This document shows, one piece after another, positions 56,397 through 64,000 of a stretch of 64,000 nt of DNA. How positions within the stretch are numbered: position 1 is the first letter of the stretch; every line of letters starts with the position of its first letter. The translations under genes were made by a program, and so were the position numbers. The notes beneath the pieces are model-generated. The model had not been told where the DNA came from, made no database searches, and was given only the letters and a program-made list of their open reading frames with translations. Source of the stretch: Eledone cirrhosa. Taxonomy: Eukaryota. The stretch lies in assembly GCA_964016885.1 (NCBI GenBank), contig OZ024742.1, forward strand, positions 192,200,001 to 192,264,000. Reading direction: 5' to 3'.

Positions 56397-56932
56397 ACAC
56401 CACTATCATCATCATACAGATGTTAACGATGATAATTCGGATTATAATGTTGTTTTTCCTTTTTCTATTTACCTCACTTTCTTCGTCTCACTCTAACCCT
56501 CTCTCACACTCCCATTGTCTCTCTTACTCCCTCCCTCTCTCGCTCTCTCTCTCTCGCTCTCTCCTTAGCACCATCCATCTCCCGCTCCACCCATCACTTA
56601 TAATCATCTACTCATCTCTTAATTGTAAAAAAAAAAAAAAAAAAAATCAAAGAAAGTCTTCAGAAATACGTCCCTACACCCCACCACATCCCCCACCACA
56701 TCCCCCACCACATCCCCCACCACTTCCCTCACTACTTCTCTCATCACACTCCTCTCCCTACTTCCCTCAACACTTCACTCTCTTTACACAAGATCGTTGC
56801 TACTTCCTTTGTGTCTATAAGTTGACAGCTGATGAATGTAGTATGGGTGATAGGGTGGCCGTGGTAGGGCAGAAATACTGACAGATGAAGGAGAGACAGA
56901 TACAGAAGAGAAAGTTAAGATATATATATATA

Positions 56933-56991
<59 letters not shown>

Positions 56992-57148
56992 TCATCCCAT
57001 TTATATACATACATATATTCATAATATTAATGTATGTATATATATATATATATATATATATTAGTCTCCTTCAGTATTGAGCATTAAGTGTAATAATGCT
57101 GTACTAGTCATAGCTAGTCACATCTAATCACTCTCTCTCTCTTCTCTC

Positions 57149-57241
<93 letters not shown>

Positions 57242-57404
57242 CATTCATATATATGTGTGTATGATATGGTTAGCTTATTATGGTTGATCCAGTAGCCTGT
57301 TACGCGTGATCTGCCTTCAAATACTATTAATCTCTGCTATGGCATTGAGTACTTAAATTCATCAACACTTACAGATGTGTGTCTGTGGGAGTGTATATAT
57401 TCAC

Positions 57405-57895
57405 GGGTTTTACATTTGGCACAGGGCCAGCAATTTGAAGGGAAGGGGAAAGTCGATTAAATCGTATCCAGTGTGTGACTGGTACTTTATTTTATCGACC
57501 CCGTAAGGATGAAAGGCAAAGCTAACCTCGGCGAGATTTGTAATAACTGTTTCTACTTGTTGCACAAGGCCAGCATTTATCCCAGTGCATTACTGGTGCC
57601 TTATTTTATCGACCCCCATAGGGATGAAAGGCAAAGTTAACCTCGGTGACATTTGAACTCAGACCGTAAAGGACTGAGTTCAAGTCCCGCCGAGGTTATA
57701 ACTGTTTCTACTTTTTGCACAAGGCCACCAAAATAATCAGTAAATTACTGGTACTTTATTTTATCGATCTCCGAAAGGATGAAAGGCAAAGTTAACCTCG
57801 ACGGGATTTGAACTGAAACTGTAAAGGGACGTAACTATGCTAGAAAGCATGGCGTCCGACCCTCCACCGAAACTGCCAATTCACCGCCGAGGTTA
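57405..57895 (-). mobile_element. Cluster of three head-to-tail SINE family A copies
   Basis: Copies at about 57405-57541 (long), 57545-57672 (short), 57700-57888 (short, full head); ccgccgaggttataac flanks the last copy on both sides. Confidence 0.9.
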
Positions 57896-57922
57896 TAACG
57901 CAATCACCTTAGCTCTCATAGT

Positions 57923-57955
<33 letters not shown>

Positions 57956-58701
57956 GTAGAGAGAGACAAACCGATAGAAATGCAGTTTGTAGAAGGGAAA
58001 GGAATAAAGGAGAGAGAGAGGAGGAGTTGTGCATGTGTATTTACGTTTGTATAGGTTTCTTTGTGCATATTTGTAAATGTGTATGGGACTGTGTATGTGC
58101 ATCTTTTTGTATGCAGATTTATCTGTATGCGTATGAAGGTGTTTGTATGTATATATGTATGTATATATGTATATTTGTGTGTGTTTTTGTGGGCATATTT
58201 ATGTGTGCGCGTATAAAGCTGTTTGTAAGTATGTCTGTATATTTGTGTATGTAAGTATGTTTGAATGGGGCTATGTGTGTATGTGTGTATGTGTGTATGT
58301 TTATGTGGTTCTCTATATGTATGTATGTATGTATGTGTATATGTGAGCTTGTCTGTTGTGTGTCAACAGATAAGGACGACTGAATGGATGACTAGCTGAA
58401 TGGTATGAAGGGGTAGTGGGGTGGTCGCAGGCCTGGGTGGTGGTAATTAGAGAGTTAATAGAAATGGATGGATAGAGTATACAGCAAGAGAAAGGGTGAG
58501 AGGTTGTATATGAGAATGTTAGGAGGCGCGAGCGGGAAGATAGTGTATGTATGATGGAGAGAGGGGTGAGAAGAGAAAGAGAATTATATATGAGAGAGGG
58601 AGAGAAGGGAAAGATAGACAGATTATCTATGAAGCTGAGAGGGAAGGGATGAGATAAGAGAAAATATAGAAAGATAATTATGTATATATTTATATATATA
58701 T

Positions 58702-58804
<103 letters not shown>

Positions 58805-59222
58805 CCTCTTTCTCTCTCTCTATATATATATATATAGAGAGAGAGAGAGAAAGAGAGGGAGTTTAGATGACACTAATGTTGAGGAAATAAACTTTTAATC
58901 TTACAAAATTCGAGAAATAGTTTTATAGTGAATTAAGGAGGAGTAGTATGAGAGAGGAATGGAAAAGAAAGAGAGAGTGTGACAGAGAAAGAGAGAGTGT
59001 GAGAGAAAGAGGGAGTCTGAAAGTAGAGGTGGGAGGGTGAAAGGAACACATACATACACAGAACCATGTGTGTGTGTACATATGTGTATGCGTGTTTGAG
59101 TGTGTATGTGTGTCTGTGTGTATGTTTTTGAAGCAAATATGTTTAAAAAATGACTGCAGAGAATAAAACGCAAAGTGAGAAATACAAAATATATATAAAA
59201 CAGATACAGATAAAGTTATATA

Positions 59223-59264
<42 letters not shown>

Positions 59265-59281
59265 ACTTTATCTGTATCTTT

Positions 59282-59324
<43 letters not shown>

Positions 59325-59559
59325 CTCTTTATCGGGTGAGAGAGGCATAAAAAGAGAGGGTGAGAGAGAGAAGAAGAAGCGGGCAACATGTGTGAGTAAA
59401 GAACAGACGGAGTGTGTGGAGGTGAGAGTGAATGTGGTAGTGAATGTGGTAGTGGGAGGTATCATATATATGTATTTTTTTTAATGTTTTAGAAGTGGCT
59501 GCCAAAGGAAGAGAATGATGGGTCCCTGAGTAAGTTAGTTTAGTTAGATGAAAGATGAG

Positions 59560-59739
59560 AGGCAACTTCCATATTTAGGTAGTACGGCCTAGCGACGAAA
59601 CAGAGGCTGCTTGTTGCAGTCTGATGTTGAGTAGGGCTTGTTGCTTTTATCGGCCGTTCCCTATCCCAAGTCCAATGCTCCACTACAAACACTCGGGGCT
59701 CCGGACATGGGACTAAAAGTGTAATATCAACAACAACCA

Positions 59740-59770
<31 letters not shown>

Positions 59771-60463
59771 CTTAAGGAGCAGGGTTATTAACAAAGGCAA
59801 CGTCCAGAAGTCGATACAGATTCGTATACACATTCATATATAAATATATAAATATATATATATACATTTACATATATATAAATATATCGAGGGACAGACT
59901 GTGAGAGAGATAGAAAGAAACTTCAGAGTACCCTTATTGCGTTGGAGATAAATATATGTATAGATATATATATGTATACACACGCATCTATTGTAACATA
60001 TGCAGTACAGATATAAATATACATACGTATATATAAATATAGATAGCCATACTTTATATATTTAGTGACAGATGGTTAATATCTATATATATATATATCT
60101 ATATATCTATAATATTTATAATTAGAATCGAAAGTTGTAAGAAACCAAAAGGAATAACGAATAAGGTAGAGACGGGACGCTAAAGTAAACAAGCACATGC
60201 TAAAAGTTCTTTTATTTGGAAAAAGTTTTTTGTCTCAAGGAATTTAAACAGCTCGTTCTCTCTCGCTCTCAATTATTCTCAATCAATATATTTACCTATG
60301 GATCGATTATCGATTTCTATACGTGAGTTTCTCAAGAAGAAGCCGAAGTGAAATAAACATTTTTAAGGGAGTTTGTCATTAGAGGTTCCTGCTATATATT
60401 ACAAAAGAAAGTTTGTCGTGAAGAACTACCACCGTTAACATCATCACAATCACCAAGCCAGCC
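59560..60463 (+). promoter_or_regulatory. Candidate promoter-proximal region / 5' UTR of a host gene
   Basis: Non-repetitive, CpG-richer stretch with a (CAG)n run, leading to a Kozak ATG at 60464; no known repeat recognised. Confidence 0.35.
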
Positions 60464-60508
60464 ATGAGTACCACCAATAATTCGGAGGCGTTTGACTTTG
60501 ATGCAGAG
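60464..60508 (+). CDS. Candidate first coding exon, MSTTNNSEAFDFDAE; product unknown
   Basis: gccagccATG Kozak context, 15 whole codons, then GAG|gtaggt phase-0 splice donor followed by repeat-rich intron-like DNA. Confidence 0.55.
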
Positions 60509-60702
60509 GTAGGTCATTATTAACTACCATCTACCTACCCAATATATGTACATAATGTGTAGCTTGTTTATATATATATATATATAGGAAAAAGTAAGAC
60601 CCCGACGGCAGAGCTCAAGCCGTTTCGACGGCTATTTCTGGACAAAGTATTGAGAACTCTGGTGCGTTATGGTCCATCTGGTTCCTTACCACAATTCCTT
60701 TG

Positions 60703-60743
<41 letters not shown>

Positions 60744-60768
60744 TAATGTGTAGCTTGTTTATATATAT

Positions 60769-60956
60769 ATATTATTCAAAATATGAATAAATGAAGACAT
60801 TCACATAATCAAAATATATTTTGATTATGTGAATGTCTTCATTTATTAATATTTTCAATAATATTAATTACTCCAGAAAACTTCTTTGTAGAGTGCTTTT
60901 AATCTAGTGTAAAACTAAATTCATTGAGTAATCAATGAACCATATTAATCTTAGGT

Positions 60957-60958
<2 letters not shown>
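60769..60958 (+). mobile_element. Fold-back module with a spacerless palindrome; same family as 4711-5108
   Basis: Perfect palindrome 60786-60847, extendable to 60769-60864; extension attaa..actcc.gaaaa..tttgtagagtgctt..aatcta.tgtaaa matches 5011-5065. Confidence 0.85.
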
Positions 60959-61007
<49 letters not shown>

Positions 61008-61019
61008 GTATGTATATGT

Positions 61020-61233
61020 GTGTATATATGTACATATATAATTGTTTCTACTTTAGGCACAAGGCCAGCAATTACCCAGTATAATAATGGTACTTTATTT
61101 TATCGACGCCGTAAGGATGAAAGGCAAAGTCAACCTATATAATGAATATTATGAATATACGGGGTCGATAAAATAAAGTACCAGTAATGCACAGGGTAAT
61201 TTGCTGGCCTTGTGCCAAAAGTAGCAACAATTA
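61020..61233. mobile_element. Inverted pair of truncated SINE family A copies
   Basis: Minus copy 61020-61135 and plus copy 61159-61233. Confidence 0.88.
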
Positions 61234-61457
61234 TGAATATATATACATAAATACATGCATACATGCCCATATATATATATATGTGTGTGTGTTTGTGTGT
61301 GTGTGTATGTATGTGTGTGGGTGTCTGTTTATGCGTCTACGCTAATACATATTCTATTCCTTGATCGATCTAACATCTATTAATTCGTTTGTCTACCTGT
61401 CTATCTATCTAACTATCTATCTGTCTGTTGTATTTATAATTGTCTCTGAATATATAA

Positions 61458-61542
<85 letters not shown>

Positions 61543-61565
61543 ATATATATATGTATATATATATG

Positions 61566-61664
<99 letters not shown>

Positions 61665-61743
61665 GTGTATATATACATATACATATATATATATTATGAA
61701 ATACTGTTGGCTTCACGCTCACAATAATTTCTATACTTTCATT

Positions 61744-61808
<65 letters not shown>

Positions 61809-61897
61809 GTGTATATATACATATACATATATATATATATATATATATTATGAAATACTGTTGGCTTCACGCTCACAATAATTTCTATACTTTCATT

Positions 61898-61957
<60 letters not shown>

Positions 61958-61992
61958 GCATATATATGCATATCTATGTATATATATATATT

Positions 61993-62036
<44 letters not shown>

Positions 62037-62100
62037 TGCATATATATATATATATATATATTTATGTATATATATAAATACACACACACACATATATATA

Positions 62101-62266
<166 letters not shown>

Positions 62267-62348
62267 TATATATATATATATATATGCATATATATATATG
62301 TATGCAGATATATATATATATTTATGTATGTATATATATATGTATATA

Positions 62349-62472
<124 letters not shown>

Positions 62473-62787
62473 TATATATATATGCATATATATATATATA
62501 TATATTTTATATATATATATATATATATATGCATATATATATGTGTATGTGTGTGTGTGTATTTATATGCATATATATGATTGTCTGTATGTGAGTATTA
62601 ACAAAATCTCCCTGTATTAAGAGTAACCTAGCGGTACGGTACACAGAGATCGATTACTTGAATTATATATACTAAACGAATTATTGAAATCAATATTATC
62701 GACAAACTACCTGCTGACAGGTTCCACCAGCATCGCCACATAACAACAAATGTAACATATATATATATATATATATACATATATATA

Positions 62788-62878
<91 letters not shown>

Positions 62879-62882
62879 TATG

Positions 62883-62994
<112 letters not shown>

Positions 62995-63216
62995 CATATA
63001 TATATACATATATATATACCTATATATATACATATATATATACATATATATATACATATATATATACACATATATATGTAGATAAATGTACAAAATTTTA
63101 CATAGATCTATATGATATACATACCAACACACACATATATCCTAGAAACGATCGTAAAATGATGATTTTTTTATATAAGGAACTGTTTCTTTGTTTTTAT
63201 TCATTATTTTTTATTA

Positions 63217-63254
<38 letters not shown>

Positions 63255-63454
63255 GGAAGAGATATATTCGATATGTCTCATGAAATAATACAGCCAATTT
63301 TACACACAATACAATTAGCACCGCGAACGTTTAATTGGGAATATACTCACTTATTTCCTAATGTTTGTTGAGTGAGTTGGGATTTGGCCGGAGTATCGCT
63401 AAAAGCTTTCTCCATTTATGTATTTATATATATATATATGAATATATAGATGAG

Positions 63455-63501
63455 ATTCTACAGGACTAGAACTGTTTCATTCATTAGAAATCATCAGGAA
63501 T
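63455..63501 (-). ncRNA. Type I hammerhead ribozyme motif
   Basis: auuc CUGAUGA u-uuc-uaau-gaa-u GAAA cag-uucuaguc-cug UA gaau; GUA triplet. Confidence 0.82.
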
Positions 63502-63707
63502 CTGGGTATCAAAAAATAAAAATGGTATTTATAGGTCTCTACAAGTGGTAGGAGAGGGTGGGGAGTGGGATGGGTGCAGGTCATTGGTTGATAGAAAAGG
63601 GAATTCACTAAAAGCTAAATATATATATACCTTTCATTTATATATATGAATATATATATACATATATATGTGTGCGGGTGTACACAGAGAGAGAGACAGA
63701 TATATAT

Positions 63708-63770
<63 letters not shown>

Positions 63771-63777
63771 TAGATAC

Positions 63778-63842
<65 letters not shown>

Positions 63843-63932
63843 GAGAGAGAACGAAAGAAACAAAAAACGAAAACAAATTATTTGCAAATTTAAAATATTA
63901 ATTTAACACATACACATATAAGTGTATGTATG

Positions 63933-63964
<32 letters not shown>

Positions 63965-64000
63965 GGGGGGGGGTACGTCTGCGTGTATGTCTGTATATAT

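Noticed and set aside
61695-61900. ~50-bp direct repeat tatgaaatactgttggcttcacgctcacaataatttctatactttcatttac
   Set aside because: Local duplication inside a (TA)n tract, explained by slippage or assembly

Overview
AT-rich eukaryotic (metazoan) DNA saturated with microsatellites. The (TA)n/(CT)n/(CA)n load and the tRNA-headed SINE families resemble coleoid cephalopod (octopus-like) DNA; that assignment is inference. Almost all listed ORFs are microsatellite artefacts. Real coding homology comes from mobile elements: a near full-length R4/Dong-type LINE sitting in a (TAA)n tract, several Penelope-like elements (PLEs, RT plus GIY-YIG, at least two lineages), an unassigned transposase-like remnant, and short RTE-like and CR1/L2-like LINE 3' ends. 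One plausible host first coding exon (MSTTNNSEAFDFDAE, strong Kozak, GT donor) lies at about 60.5 kb. The strongest hidden signal is non-coding. Reading by eye finds about 10 type I hammerhead ribozyme motifs with intact catalytic cores and about 6 with a single core lesion, on both strands, in unrelated short modules embedded in (TA)n tracts. Several modules are fold-back (inverted) insertions, and one is an ORF-less 616-bp unit present 1.5 times (retrozyme-like). All structures were folded by eye and coordinates of diverged repeats are approximate.
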